From Alphaproteobacteria bacterium (GTDB lineage Bacteria > Pseudomonadota > Alphaproteobacteria > SMXP01): a stretch of DNA of 35,111 nt. Location of the stretch: contig JAJFIM010000109.1 in assembly GCA_021774995.1 (NCBI GenBank), positions 1 through 35,111 of the forward strand, given 5' to 3'. Positions 1 through 9,348 of the stretch are shown here, piece after piece. The translations under genes and the position numbers were made by a program. Numbering within the stretch: the stretch's first letter is position 1; each line of letters starts with the position of its first letter. The notes beneath the pieces were generated by a model that saw only the letters and a program-made list of their open reading frames with translations, made no database searches and had not been told where the DNA came from.

Positions 1-552
1 AAAATGCTTGGCAGGGATACCGTTAAATTTCCGCATGTGACGCTTGGCCTGGTTCCAAAAATTCTCAATCCCGTTGATATGATTATGCTTGTTTGCAAAC
101 AATTTTGAGTGGTTGATCCGGTAGTGCTTAAACTCGGAAACATCGAGCACATTATACCCGCGCCAACAATCAGAATAGACGATGCTGTCGGGCTGTATTT
201 TGTCACGAATGATCGGCATTAACGTCTTGCTGGCCGCATCGGGAATGATCTGTGTGTAAACCCTGCCGCCACGTTTGAGGATTCCGAACACGGGAACCTT
301 ACCGGCAGCGCCGCGCCCACGCTTGCCTTTTCTGGTGCCTCCAAAGTAGCTTTCATCGACTTCAAACTCACCGGAAAGCAATGCCTCATTTTTGCATTCA
401 AGGGCGATAATTTCACGCAGTCGCCGGTAATAATACGCCGTCGTTTTGAAGTTAACGCCGATCAAATTAGCAGCACAACGCGCCGTCGTGCCGGCCACAA
501 AATGCTCCATCAAACGCTGCTGTTTTTCTCTACTTAAACGACTCTTTCGCAT
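1..552 (-). CDS. IS1595/IS1016-type DDE transposase (3' end outside window; absent from the ORF track)
   Basis: Manual translation: MRKSRLSREKQQRLMEHFVAGTTARCAA...EFEVDESYFGG.RKGKRGRGAAGKVPVFGILKRGG...IVYSDCWRGYNVLD...HINGIENFWNQAKRHMRKFNGI. Alternative start at 558. Confidence 0.92.
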   Translation of the reverse strand, partial: MRKSRLSREKQQRLMEHFVAGTTARCAANLIGVNFKTTAYYYRRLREIIALECKNEALLSGEFEVDESYFGGTRKGKRGRGAAGKVPVFGILKRGGRVYTQIIPDAASKTLMPIIRDKIQPDSIVYSDCWRGYNVLDVSEFKHYRINHSKLFANKHNHINGIENFWNQAKRHMRKFNGIPAKHF

Positions 553-593
553 GACCATACTGATAACCTTTCGTAGTTATCTGGTACAGCCCC
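1..593 (-). mobile_element. IS1595-family (IS1016 group) insertion sequence, partial (runs off window edge)
   Basis: Minus-strand end at 593 reads GGGGCTGTACCAGATAAC, matching the GGGGCTG terminus of IS1016-group elements; it is followed by an AT-rich flank and contains the transposase below. Confidence 0.85.
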
Positions 594-728
594 TATATGT
601 TTTTATATATAAACATAATATTGAATACTTGATTATTCATCCCAATCATATTATTACTAGCACTGCACGTTACGAGGCATTTACGGCCCCGACGCGTAGG
701 CCCCATAAACATCTAATAGCTTATAAAT

Positions 729-1442
729 ATGATACGCGCTTTATTTGACAGTTTCCGTGACCTGCTGCCAATCATTTTGGTCATTGCATTCTTTCAAATT
801 ATTGTCCTGCAACAGCCTTTCCCTAACCCGAACGATGTTCTTATCGGGCTGATTGCGGTGATATTCGGCCTCGCCTTATTCATACAAGGTCTTAATCTTA
901 GCCTGTTTCCTGTCGGCGAAGGCGTCGCAGAAGCTTTTGCTAAAAAAGGCAGCGTGTTCTGGATAGTCGTTTTCGCCTTTGCGCTTGGTTTTGGGACGAC
1001 AGTGGCCGAGCCGGCTCTCATTGCCGTTGCCGGTGAAGCGGCAGAAGCCAGAATCACGAGCGGCATGCTGGAGAATACCGCATCCGCTAAAAACGCCTAT
1101 GCCAATGGCTTGCGATACGTCGTTGCTGTTTCTGTCGGGCTGGCGCTTGTCGTGGGCGTCTTGCGTATTATTAAAGGCTGGGCGATACACAAAATCATCA
1201 TCGCCGGTTACATTACTATCCTCGTTCTGACTCAGTTTGCTCCGCGCGAAATCATCGGCATTGCCTATGACTCCGGTGGCGTTACAACCTCAACCATTAC
1301 AGTGCCGCTGGTCACTGCCCTTGGCATCGGTCTGTCGACTGTTATCAAGGGGCGGAACCCGATGATTGACGGCTTTGGATTGATCGCCTTTGCAAGCCTG
1401 TTTCCCATCGCCTTTGTATTGCTTTACGGAATGGTGATGTAA
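729..1442 (+). CDS. DUF1538 family multi-pass membrane protein
   Basis: Hydrophobic 237 aa; [23 protein letters not shown] and [13 protein letters not shown] motifs. Confidence 0.9.
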   Translation: MIRALFDSFRDLLPIILVIAFFQIIVLQQPFPNPNDVLIGLIAVIFGLALFIQGLNLSLFPVGEGVAEAFAKKGSVFWIVVFAFALGFGTTVAEPALIAVAGEAAEARITSGMLENTASAKNAYANGLRYVVAVSVGLALVVGVLRIIKGWAIHKIIIAGYITILVLTQFAPREIIGIAYDSGGVTTSTITVPLVTALGIGLSTVIKGRNPMIDGFGLIAFASLFPIAFVLLYGMVM

Positions 1443-1443
1443 A

Positions 1444-2238
1444 ATGGAGGAATTAGCGGGCACGATCATATTAACTTTTCTGAGCACATTACGAGATGTG
1501 GCCCCAATTATCATTCTTCTTGTCTTCTTCCACTATGTCGTGCTGCGGAAACCCATTCGCAATTTACGGCGGGTCATCGAAGGTTTCTTCTATGTGATTG
1601 CCGGACTGGCCTTGTTCCTAATCGGTCTGGAACAAGCGTTATTCCCGCTGGGTGAACTGATGGCACAGCAACTGACATCTCCCGATTTCATGGGCAAAGC
1701 GCTCGATCAGCTAAGTTGGGCAGACTATTACTGGGTGTATATTTTTGCGACCGCCATTGGATTTGCCACAACAATTGCCGAGCCTTCATTAATCGCCGTT
1801 GCGATGAAAGCGGCACAAATGTCCGGCGGTGCAATCAGTCCGTGGGGACTGCGGATTGCCGTTGCCATTGGTGTTTCCGCCAGTATTGCGCTCGGCGCCT
1901 TCCGCATTGTTACAGGTACGCCGCTACATATATATATGATGGTGGGCTATCTGGTCGTTGTTATACAAACCATGTTCACCCCCAAATGGCTGGTCCCCCT
2001 TGCCTATGATTCCGGCGGCGTGACAACATCAACCGTGACCGTACCGTTGGTTGCGGCATTGGGTTTGGGGCTGGCGAGCACCGTCCCCGGACGTAGCGCG
2101 CTGATCGATGGTTTTGGCCTGATCGCCCTGGCCAGCCTATTCCCGATGATTACGGTCATGGGCTATGCTCAGCTTTCGGAATGGCAGACAAAGCGTAAAA
2201 AAGGAAATACAGAGAATGATCTCAATGATTCAAAGTGA
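1444..2238 (+). CDS. DUF1538 family multi-pass membrane protein (paralog)
   Basis: [23 protein letters not shown] and DGFGLIALASLFP motifs; starts 1 bp after the previous gene. Confidence 0.9.
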   Translation: MEELAGTIILTFLSTLRDVAPIIILLVFFHYVVLRKPIRNLRRVIEGFFYVIAGLALFLIGLEQALFPLGELMAQQLTSPDFMGKALDQLSWADYYWVYIFATAIGFATTIAEPSLIAVAMKAAQMSGGAISPWGLRIAVAIGVSASIALGAFRIVTGTPLHIYMMVGYLVVVIQTMFTPKWLVPLAYDSGGVTTSTVTVPLVAALGLGLASTVPGRSALIDGFGLIALASLFPMITVMGYAQLSEWQTKRKKGNTENDLNDSK

Positions 2239-2268
2239 TAATGTGTTACTAGAAAATGGAGACTGAAC

Positions 2269-2619
2269 ATGGACTTTAAACTGATTATTGCCCTGGTGTC
2301 TGATGATTGCACCGAAAAAGTTATCGAAAAAGCCCGGGAAGACGGGGCCACAGGCGCTACCGTCATCACAAGCGGACGCGGCGAAGGACTGACCCCGGCG
2401 AAAACATTTTTCGGCCTGACGCTGGAAGGGCAGATGGACATGATTCTGTTTATTGTCGAAAAACATTTAAGCCGTCACATCCTCGAGGGGATTGCTGATA
2501 TCGCCGAATTTGATAAAGAAAAAGGCACCGGCACCGCAATACAGATCAATATTGAGGATGCCATCGGATTAAAAGCCCAACTTGAGACAATTGAAAAAGA
2601 AATCGAGGATCAGATATGA
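2269..2619 (+). CDS. PII-like signal transduction protein
   Basis: MDFKLIIALV...AREDGATGATVITSGRGEG...GTGTAIQINIEDAIG pattern; GGAG RBS. Confidence 0.88.
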   Translation: MDFKLIIALVSDDCTEKVIEKAREDGATGATVITSGRGEGLTPAKTFFGLTLEGQMDMILFIVEKHLSRHILEGIADIAEFDKEKGTGTAIQINIEDAIGLKAQLETIEKEIEDQI

Positions 2620-3026
2620 GTAAGCCATCAAAATTTTATGTTAAAGTAAGCGATGTTATGACGCCACATGTAGAAACGATTGACGGTCTGACTACCGTTG
2701 ATATTGCCATCGCACAGATGAGAGATAAACGCTATGGCGCTTTAATTGTCGCACGCCGTGATGAGAGTGATGAATACGGGCTTGTCACAGTGCAAAATAT
2801 CGCCCGCAGTGTTATTGAACCGGATTTGTCGCCAGACCGAGTCAACGTCTATGAAATCATGGAGAAGCCCGTCCTGACCATACATTGTGATATGAACATC
2901 CGCTACGCGATCCGCTTGCTTGAACAGGTGGGCCAGCTGCGTGCGCTTGTCATTCGTGAAAATCAGGCTGTCGGTATTATTACTATGCTGGATATGGTGA
3001 CACGTTATCTGGATCATAAAGAGTAA
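2616..3026 (+). CDS. CBS-pair domain protein
   Basis: VSDVMT...YGLVTVQNI...EIMEKP...VGIITMLD; ATGA overlap with the PII-like gene. Confidence 0.88.
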   Translation: MSKPSKFYVKVSDVMTPHVETIDGLTTVDIAIAQMRDKRYGALIVARRDESDEYGLVTVQNIARSVIEPDLSPDRVNVYEIMEKPVLTIHCDMNIRYAIRLLEQVGQLRALVIRENQAVGIITMLDMVTRYLDHKE

Positions 3027-3193
3027 AGATAATATAGGCCAGCGATAGAGTTGGCTGTGAAATATTTATCCCCCTCAGACGGGAAAACAAACTTTGTAGA
3101 AGTAATCACAGGCGTTGGCCATACTGCTCGCCCATAATTACTGCTTCCCTCATAAACAAGCCCTTCATTTTTCTCGATTCCAATATTGATCAT
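3014..3193 (-). pseudogene. 5' fragment of a hypothetical gene downstream of hipA (59 codons)
   Basis: AAGGA RBS, then MINIGIEKNEGLVYEGSSNYGRAVWPTPVI...; runs into the end of the CBS gene. Resembles the start of a longer proteobacterial hypothetical (recollection, unverified). Confidence 0.45.
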
Positions 3194-3206
3194 TTGCCGT
3201 TCCTTA

Positions 3207-4036
3207 CTATTTCGCTTTTTCTAAATCTTCATGCTCAAAGGCGGAGGCCATGCGATCAATTTCTTTATTGGCCAGACCACCCGCGCAGTACCTTCGCGAT
3301 CAAAACGCCTGATAATCAGCACTGGCTTTTCTGCTATATTTTCCAGCCGCCAAACAGGGGTTTGAAGCCCCGCATTTTTCGCCAGTGTGAGCGCAACCGC
3401 CTCCCACACAACGATATTATATTCATCATCCTTTTTAGGAAATTTAGCGATGGCCAGATGCCCGTCTTTATCCCGCACAGATGCTTTTGGCCGCGCGCCG
3501 CCAAGAGAAGACCCCGGCGCAAGCAGGATTTTCAAATCCTCTGCTGTCTCATCATCATCTAAAAATCTCTCAGAAGCGGATAATAATTTAGGCAAATCAA
3601 TGAGCGGTGGAATGCTTGTCGTATCTTTTGGGCTAAGATATGGCCCTTCCGGCGCAGCAGAAAACCGCAATGCCCCCTGGCGCGCCTCATCATTAACGCC
3701 AAGAAGATAATCCATCTCAAGAAGTGTCCTTGGTGTTTCATTATTTTCTTTGGCGCGCGCAGTTTCCCCGCGTCGCATCAAAACCCGCCCCCAGCGATCC
3801 GGCGCAGAATCTCCAATAGCGCCAAACAGCATTTGTCCCGCTTGCGTGTGAAACGCTCCTTCGGTGAGTTGCAAGGCAGGCTCTAGCGCAAATTTTTCCG
3901 GGTGGCTTAGCCAATTTTGATCATATTCAAACGTAGTGCTTTCCCGTCCGCCGCGCTGATGCCCCCATAATTTTCCTACAAGGTGGCATTCATCGCCAAG
4001 CTGAATGGAGACATAGACTTCTTTAGCGCTCATCAT
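3207..4036 (-). pseudogene. hipA: HipA-family kinase toxin with internal deletion and frameshift
   Basis: N-part has DSAPDRWGR, SSLGGARPKA, AKFP and RRFDR. At ~3281 it jumps to a C-terminal tail in another frame (GLANKEIDRMASAFEHEDLEKAK*, stop at 3207). The catalytic DxHxxN region is absent. Confidence 0.88.
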
Positions 4037-4364
4037 CGCCTCCCGGCTTTTTGTTTCGCGGCAATCTCACGCGCTTTGGCAAATTTTCTTCCTCAAGCGC
4101 CCGCCCGACCAGATCATGACTGGCATCCGCCAGATCACGCAAATTATCCGTCAAACCCAACACAAACAGCGCCGAAGCATAAGCTCCCATGGATACAGAC
4201 GGTTCGCCTTTCTCAATTTTTGAAAGCGTTATGCGCGAAAACCCGGCGCGCTCGGCCATAAGCTCCATCGTAATGCGGCGACGACGGCGAGCATCACTGA
4301 TATCCTGACCCAGCTTGCGCAAAGCCTTTTTCATGGGAATAGCTAAATGTATCTTACGGCTCAT
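4023..4364 (-). CDS. XRE-family HTH antitoxin (HipB-like) upstream of hipA
   Basis: LGQDISDARRRRRITMELMAERAGFSRITLSKIEKGEPSVSMG; overlaps the hipA start. Confidence 0.88.
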   Translation of the reverse strand: MSRKIHLAIPMKKALRKLGQDISDARRRRRITMELMAERAGFSRITLSKIEKGEPSVSMGAYASALFVLGLTDNLRDLADASHDLVGRALEEENLPKRVRLPRNKKPGGDDER

Positions 4365-4374
4365 ATCGGCACCT

Positions 4375-4509
4375 TAATGTGTTTAATAGCATGCATTATT
4401 ACACTCAATGTTAACTATAAGGCGCATTAAGTAATTTTTCAAGCTTTTTTAGTTTAATGTAATCTATAGCAACCATTATGCCGCATTAAGTGCGTTATAA
4501 GGCACATTA
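4375..4509. promoter_or_regulatory. Four 24-bp quasi-palindromic operators (TAATG-N14-CATTA) upstream of the XRE-hipA operon
   Basis: Copies at 4375-4398, 4406-4429, 4455-4478 and 4486-4509, i.e. two pairs with 31-bp internal spacing. Confidence 0.7.
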
Positions 4510-4557
4510 AACTTTCCTACATTAAAATTAGCGCTGCAAGTAAACTCTCAGTTTATC

Positions 4558-4684
4558 TGCAGAAAGAAATATGAGGATTGCAGAAAGAATCCAACGGAAA
4601 ATCACTTTAACCATTTGAAATTAAAGGAAAGTGGTCAAAAAATTGCAGAAAGAAAAAGTATAAATGCAGAAAGAATGCAGAAAG
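4558..4684 (+). repeat. Five TGCAGAAAG(AA) direct repeats, probable integrase arm-type sites
   Basis: Copies start at 4558, 4579, 4644, 4665 and 4676 (spacings 21, 65, 21, 11); an IHF-like TAACCATTTGAAA lies between the groups. Confidence 0.7.
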
Positions 4685-4739
4685 CTTTTCGTGACTTTAC
4701 TGTTGAACACTAACATCAATATACTTGATATTAAGCTGT

Positions 4740-5074
4740 TGGTACCTAAACTTAAAAATGATTTAGGTTTTGGAAGCACTGAGTTCTTTGTTTTGCGTAG
4801 TAATACAAAAAGAATGCTTCCACGTCTCTTATTTCATATTACTAAATCAAAAGACTTCAGAGAAAAGGCAGAAAAAGCAATGACCGGTGCTTCTGGGCAT
4901 AGGCGTGTACCTAAATCTTTTGTTGAGAGCTATCCTATTCCTGATATACCTATATCGAAACAACAAAAAATTGTTTCTGAAATTGAAAACATAGAGAATA
5001 AAATTTCTGATCTACAAAATCAGTTAGATAGAATTCCAGAGAAGAAAAAAGAAGCTTTACAGAAATACCTTTAG
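4740..5074 (+). pseudogene. hsdS: C-terminal fragment of a type I RM specificity (HsdS/TRD) domain
   Basis: GFGSTEFFVLR...MTGASGHRRVPKSFVESYPIPDIPISKQQKIVSEI; the start of ORF 4664 is read from the repeat region. Confidence 0.8.
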
Positions 5075-5115
5075 TAAATTTACGATATATTTTTTCGCGA
5101 TTATCCCTTAATTGG

Positions 5116-5144
5116 TTGACATAATCACCAATCTACGCTATAAT
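5116..5144 (+). promoter_or_regulatory. Perfect sigma70 consensus promoter
   Basis: TTGACA (5116-5121), 17-bp spacer, TATAAT (5139-5144), upstream of the transposase ATG at 5170. Confidence 0.85.
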
Positions 5145-5169
5145 TAAAGTATAGGGAAGGTGATTATTT

Positions 5170-5802
5170 ATGAACATTATAGAAGTATTTGAAAAATTCC
5201 CAACACAAAAAGACTGTATTGAACATCTTGAAAAAATCAGATGGGCGGGCGGGATTTATTGCCCGTATTGCGGGGATTTAAACATCAACTCATATGACAA
5301 CGAAACCCGCCATCATTGTAACGGGTGCCGGAAATCTTTTTCCGTGACCGTGAACACCATCTTCCACGACACACGGCTTCCATTACAGAAATGGTTTCTG
5401 GCCATTGCGCTTATCTTGAACGCAAAGAAGGGAATATCAGCCAAACAATTGCAACGGGATTTGAGTGTCACATATAAAACTGCATGGTCAATGGGTCACA
5501 GAATTCGGGAAGGCATGAAAGACCAAGAGACTCTTTTGACTGGTATTGTAGAAATGGATGAAACATATGTCGGCGGCAAACCCAAGAAGGGAAGCAACAA
5601 AGACGGTGATGGAAATCTCATAAGCAAGCGCGGGCGCGGAACAAAGAAAATACCCGTTGTTGGCATGGTCGAGCGCGGTGGGAAGGTTAAAGCCGAAGTG
5701 AAGAATAAAGACCAACTGAAATTTAAAGATTTGTCGGAACTGGTGCGAAAGAATGTTGCACTTTTAGACGCGGTTCTGGTCACGGACGAATATCGCGGGT
5801 AG
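5170..5802 (+). pseudogene. IS1595-family transposase, 3'-truncated
   Basis: Zn ribbon CPYCG...CNGC, EMDETYVGG and KRGRGT; ends abruptly at VTDEYRG, lacking the last catalytic-motif region. Confidence 0.9.
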
Positions 5803-5958
5803 CTGGAGTCGCGCATATTGCTTTATCAAATAAAGCGCATCATCTTCTTTTTCGTACTCCTCAATATCATTGTCAAAAACATGAAGCGCGTCCACCCATT
5901 TTTGCAATGGCGTGCGGTATGTATTTTCTTGCCCGCGTTCTTGTTGCTGTTCTTGCAT
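5800..5958 (-). pseudogene. 5' fragment of a hypothetical gene colliding with the IS remnant
   Basis: Strong AAGGAG RBS, MQEQQQERGQENTYRTPLQKWVDAL...; the frame continues into antisense transposase sequence. Confidence 0.45.
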
Positions 5959-6159
5959 TTCTCATATCTCCTTTTTTGTTTTGCAACAAGGGGAATTTGC
6001 CCCTCTCACTATTACTGGTATTCGGTTGCTGCAAAAAACGACGACGAAAAATGAAAAATATTTTTAGGATGTGAATATTCATCCATGAACGCCATAGATT
6101 TCTTGTGACATCAAGATAAATAGAATTGAAAAAGTCTTTTTGTCTTTTTGATTCCTTCC

Positions 6160-6190
6160 TGCGGGGGTAGGATTTGAACCTACGACCTTC
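6160..6190 (-). repeat. 31-bp copy of the tRNA-fMet 3' half (att remnant)
   Basis: TGCGGGGGTAGGATTTGAACCTACGACCTTC matches 14610-14640 with one mismatch. Confidence 0.9.
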
Positions 6191-6390
6191 CGCAAAGCAG
6201 CCGGACTGGAGGACGTGCGCATCCACGATTTGCGCCACAGCTTCGCCTCATACGCCGTCTCCGCCGGGCATTCCCTGCCGATGATCGGAAAACTCCTCGG
6301 CCACACCCAAGTGCAAACCACCGCCCGCTACGCGCATTTGATGACAGACCCGATGCATAAAGCGGCGGATGATATTGTGGGGAATATGGC
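6191..6390 (+). pseudogene. C-terminal fragment of a tyrosine recombinase/integrase
   Basis: RKAAGLEDVRIHDLRHSFAS...IGKLLGHTQVQTTARYAHL (HxxR, LLGH, catalytic Y); directly abuts the att remnant. Confidence 0.9.
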
Positions 6391-6643
6391 TCGACACTTT
6401 ATTACCTGGCTGCCGCTAAGTAAGGCACATGCACGCAAGATTGAACCGGATGGGGATGGTGCGATTATCCTGACTTGGCAAACGGATCAAGAGCGTATTA
6501 TGCTTACGATAGATGGAAGTCTGATTCACCTCTCTCACGAACAAACGGGGCAAGATACTGTATTTGTAAATGATGTCCCGTTCTTTGATCAAGATGATAG
6601 AATACTTCCCAGCAGGATAATTGATCGTATCCCAAGAGTTTAG
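6391..6643 (+). pseudogene. C-terminal part of an unrelated hypothetical gene fused in frame to the integrase fragment
   Basis: ORF 6215-6643 switches from integrase to ...IEPDGDGAIILTWQ..., with a visible drop in GC near 6390. Confidence 0.5.
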
Positions 6644-6661
6644 TTATAAAAGGGAAGAATT

Positions 6662-7000
6662 TTGACATTGAGAGCTGTTGCCATCAATGATGACGATGAA
6701 GTTAGTCGCTTGGTATTCAGACCAAAGGACTTTCTTGACGGTATTGGCCCTTTGAAGATCTCAAAACATTTATACTTCAATGAGAAGCATAATTATAAAG
6801 AGTCCGTGAATTGCCGCAGGCTTGTAACGAATTATCCTAAAGACTTGCACCAGCAAGGACATGAAAAAGCTGCTAACGATAGCAGCAAAAAGAAACAAGA
6901 AGGTAAGGATCCCGTGACCTATGAAGGGTTCGTTTCTATAGGGGTTGGAAGCGTGGCGATAAATCCTGTTTTTATATCGTCGGAGAAGCCTTCATTCTGA
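6662..7000 (+). CDS. Hypothetical protein, probably truncated near 6950
   Basis: TTG start with GGGAAG RBS; the last codons are antisense to the AbiEii fragment. Confidence 0.5.
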   Translation: MTLRAVAINDDDEVSRLVFRPKDFLDGIGPLKISKHLYFNEKHNYKESVNCRRLVTNYPKDLHQQGHEKAANDSSKKKQEGKDPVTYEGFVSIGVGSVAINPVFISSEKPSF

Positions 7001-7168
7001 AAAAGGTGGTACACATCAAATAAATCACGCGGATGCTGACGATCCAGTGCAGCACAAATCTTTCCGCCGAACAATTCCTGATGAGAGACAACCTTTATAG
7101 CCGCAAACTTCCCAAATTCATCCTGAACGGCATCAGCAACGGACATCATGCGGACCGGCCATAAATGG
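6949..7168 (-). pseudogene. abiEii: Internal fragment of an AbiEii-type nucleotidyltransferase
   Basis: HLWPVR...ELFGGKICAALDRQHPRDLFDV...GFIATL (K-x-x-A-x-x-x-R-x-x-x-RD-x-F-D motif). Confidence 0.88.
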
Positions 7169-7699
7169 GCGGCTGATATATTGCCCCAGTTGCACTTTCT
7201 CAAAAATGAAGCTGTCGAAATTGACGGCGTTCATTTTTTCGGTGGCACAATGTGGACCAATTTCAACAATGAAAATCCGCTGGCGATGCAGATTGCCCGG
7301 CGGGGCATGAGCGATTTCAGACTGATATACAAAGATGATGGCAGCCATTTTATGCCCGAAGACACATTGTCACTGCATCGGGATTACACTGAAAAGCTAC
7401 TTTCATGGTTTGAAACGGGGCTATCAGGGCCGCGCGTTGTCATCTCTCATCATGCGCCGGTCGTTAATTCGAACACCCAGTACGTAAACACCCCGCTCAT
7501 GCCTGCTTTTAATTCTCTGGATATGATTGAAATCATTGAAAGGCATCAGCCCGATCTCTGGGTTTACGGCCACACACATGAGTGCGATGACCAGAAGATC
7601 GGCAAAACTAGGATTATTTCCAACCAGCTTGGCTACCCTCATCGCACAGGGTTTGAATGTGCCGGTTTTGATCCGGCGGGAAAGCCTGTGGATTTATAA
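7160..7699 (+). pseudogene. 5'-truncated calcineurin-like metallophosphoesterase (paralog of 9349-10119)
   Basis: GGTMWT, SHHAP and WVYGHTH present; DxH, GD and GNHE motifs missing. Confidence 0.85.
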
Positions 7700-8647
7700 T
7701 TTTTTGATATGATCTCGAATAATGCTCAATACATCTCCAAAAGCGGGCTGACCACGATAATAAAGGCCCCGGCGTTTTTCGTATTCCTGCTTATATAGCG
7801 CATGTGTATTTCTATCTCTGAGCAAAAATGCCTCATTCTCATATAAAGGAACTTTAAGGTCAGCCTTTGGAAACCGCTTTTCTTTATGACTTTCATAGGC
7901 TGGCGTGCCGATGAACTCTAAAACGGACTTATTTTGAAGCAAACAATAGACATCATAATAATGCCGCATAAAGTTTTCGGGAAATCCGCCTTGTTCCTGC
8001 TGCTTTCGATATTTTGTAGCAATCGTTTGCAGTTTTTCAACCAATGTGTAGCCGGGATCATAGCATAAAATGTCACGAGCCCTATTATCCAATACAGCCA
8101 CATTTCGCTCAATCGCAAAATCTAATGCCCAGGATGAAATATCGACCGCATGGTTAGGAGCCACATCGTCAAACCCGGCTTCAAGCAATACGCCGTCTTT
8201 TGCAGTGCCATCTGAGGCGAAGTGCGCTTGATAAAAAAGCCTGATACCGCCGCTAAAATATTTTGGGATGCCATCGAATAGCGTATCACGGTCTGCTCTT
8301 AGAACACCTGGGATTGTAATTGTTTGCGCAAGATAATCATAAAAATCCTTACGGCTTTGGCGGTGCTGTTCCTTATCCTGATTTTTTAGAGTTTTGACAT
8401 CCATATCTTTTGGCGGACTGATATGAATATCAATATCCTCAGAAAAGCGGTCTATAATACCAAACCCTTTTGAAAGCGATGTCCCACCCTTTAACTGAAA
8501 ATCGTATCCCGCCTGTTTCAGACCAAAAAGGCAGTGCATGATCCAATAGTCTTTCTCCGCCAGATACGGATCTATGCCTTGCTCTGCCGCAACTGTGCGT
8601 ATCAGATCTGTAAATTCTGGATGATCGTGTAAAAAAGGATCAGGCAT
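7694..8647 (-). CDS. AbiEii/AbiGii-family nucleotidyltransferase toxin (intact)
   Basis: EKDYW, LKGGTSLSKG, RFSEDIDI, EKL and RHYYD motifs; start taken at the ATG overlapping the upstream stop. Confidence 0.9.
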   Translation of the reverse strand: MPDPFLHDHPEFTDLIRTVAAEQGIDPYLAEKDYWIMHCLFGLKQAGYDFQLKGGTSLSKGFGIIDRFSEDIDIHISPPKDMDVKTLKNQDKEQHRQSRKDFYDYLAQTITIPGVLRADRDTLFDGIPKYFSGGIRLFYQAHFASDGTAKDGVLLEAGFDDVAPNHAVDISSWALDFAIERNVAVLDNRARDILCYDPGYTLVEKLQTIATKYRKQQEQGGFPENFMRHYYDVYCLLQNKSVLEFIGTPAYESHKEKRFPKADLKVPLYENEAFLLRDRNTHALYKQEYEKRRGLYYRGQPAFGDVLSIIRDHIKKL

Positions 8648-9221
8648 CGGCAAGTACACTTTCAAAGAATTTCTTGCTTCTGACCCCGGCGTAATCACGC
8701 ACAGCTTTCATCAGTTTTTGCTGATCCATTGAGCGTGCTTTTTTAGCAACGTTATCTTTCAACTTTTCTTTATCCTCCGCTAAAAAATCAAGATTATTCA
8801 TCAGATCAACCAGTAAGAATTCAGGGCTGGCGGTTTTTGGAAAGCGAGGCCGCTTTACAAAGAAAAAAGGGCGTCCGGCCAGCGTAAAATGTCCATCACG
8901 TTTATGATTATACACAAGCCTTTCATTATATAGCTGAGTCGTACCAACGCCCAAAGAATTATAAGCATTTAGTGACGCCAGATAAAAGTTGTCCTCTTTT
9001 AAGAAGGTGCTCACCAGCTTTTCATCGTCTGGCGGAACAGCCCCAAAGGAAGCCTTTTTAGGGTAGTAATAAACGCCATTCCTGAGCTTCTGGAGAGTGT
9101 TATCAGCCATAAGCAGCTGCAGGTGCCTGTCAACGGCGCTGCTAAAGCGTGCCAGATCAGCCCGCCGGTAGACCTGGCCGGGGCGAAGATGCTTTCTTAA
9201 TTGTACTACTGCATTGCTCAT
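8640..9221 (-). CDS. AbiEi-like/DUF6088 antitoxin (winged-HTH N-terminus)
   Basis: GQVYRRADL...LQKLRNGVYYYPK...YNSLGVGTTQ; coupled upstream of the nucleotidyltransferase. Confidence 0.8.
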   Translation of the reverse strand: MSNAVVQLRKHLRPGQVYRRADLARFSSAVDRHLQLLMADNTLQKLRNGVYYYPKKASFGAVPPDDEKLVSTFLKEDNFYLASLNAYNSLGVGTTQLYNERLVYNHKRDGHFTLAGRPFFFVKRPRFPKTASPEFLLVDLMNNLDFLAEDKEKLKDNVAKKARSMDQQKLMKAVRDYAGVRSKKFFESVLADA

Positions 9222-9348
9222 AACTTCATTATAAGGAAAAATAGTTAAAAAATCAATTTTTTAGTCTAAAATTCATGCAAATATAGATTTGACTGTCCCT
9301 GCGAATGAAGCGTTCATCATCCAAAACGCTTCTAACGAAAGGGATCTC

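Larger units (their letters stand above)
5096..5802 (+). mobile_element. Truncated IS1595-family element (possibly ISNwi1 group)
   Basis: Putative left end CGCGATTAT at 5096; contains the truncated transposase below; no right end visible. Confidence 0.7.

Noticed and set aside
655-725. Riboswitch upstream of the DUF1538 operon
   Set aside because: Only a short GGCC hairpin; no aptamer consensus recognised. An Rfam scan would settle it.
219-748. ORFs 219-416 and 446-748
   Set aside because: Alternative-frame or antisense shadows of the IS1016-type transposase and its end.
4558-4684. Possible mini-CRISPR array
   Set aside because: Repeats are only 9-11 bp with irregular short spacing.
5873-6321. 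ORFs 5873-6238 and 6079-6321
   Set aside because: They read through the tRNA fragment and antisense integrase; not credible genes.
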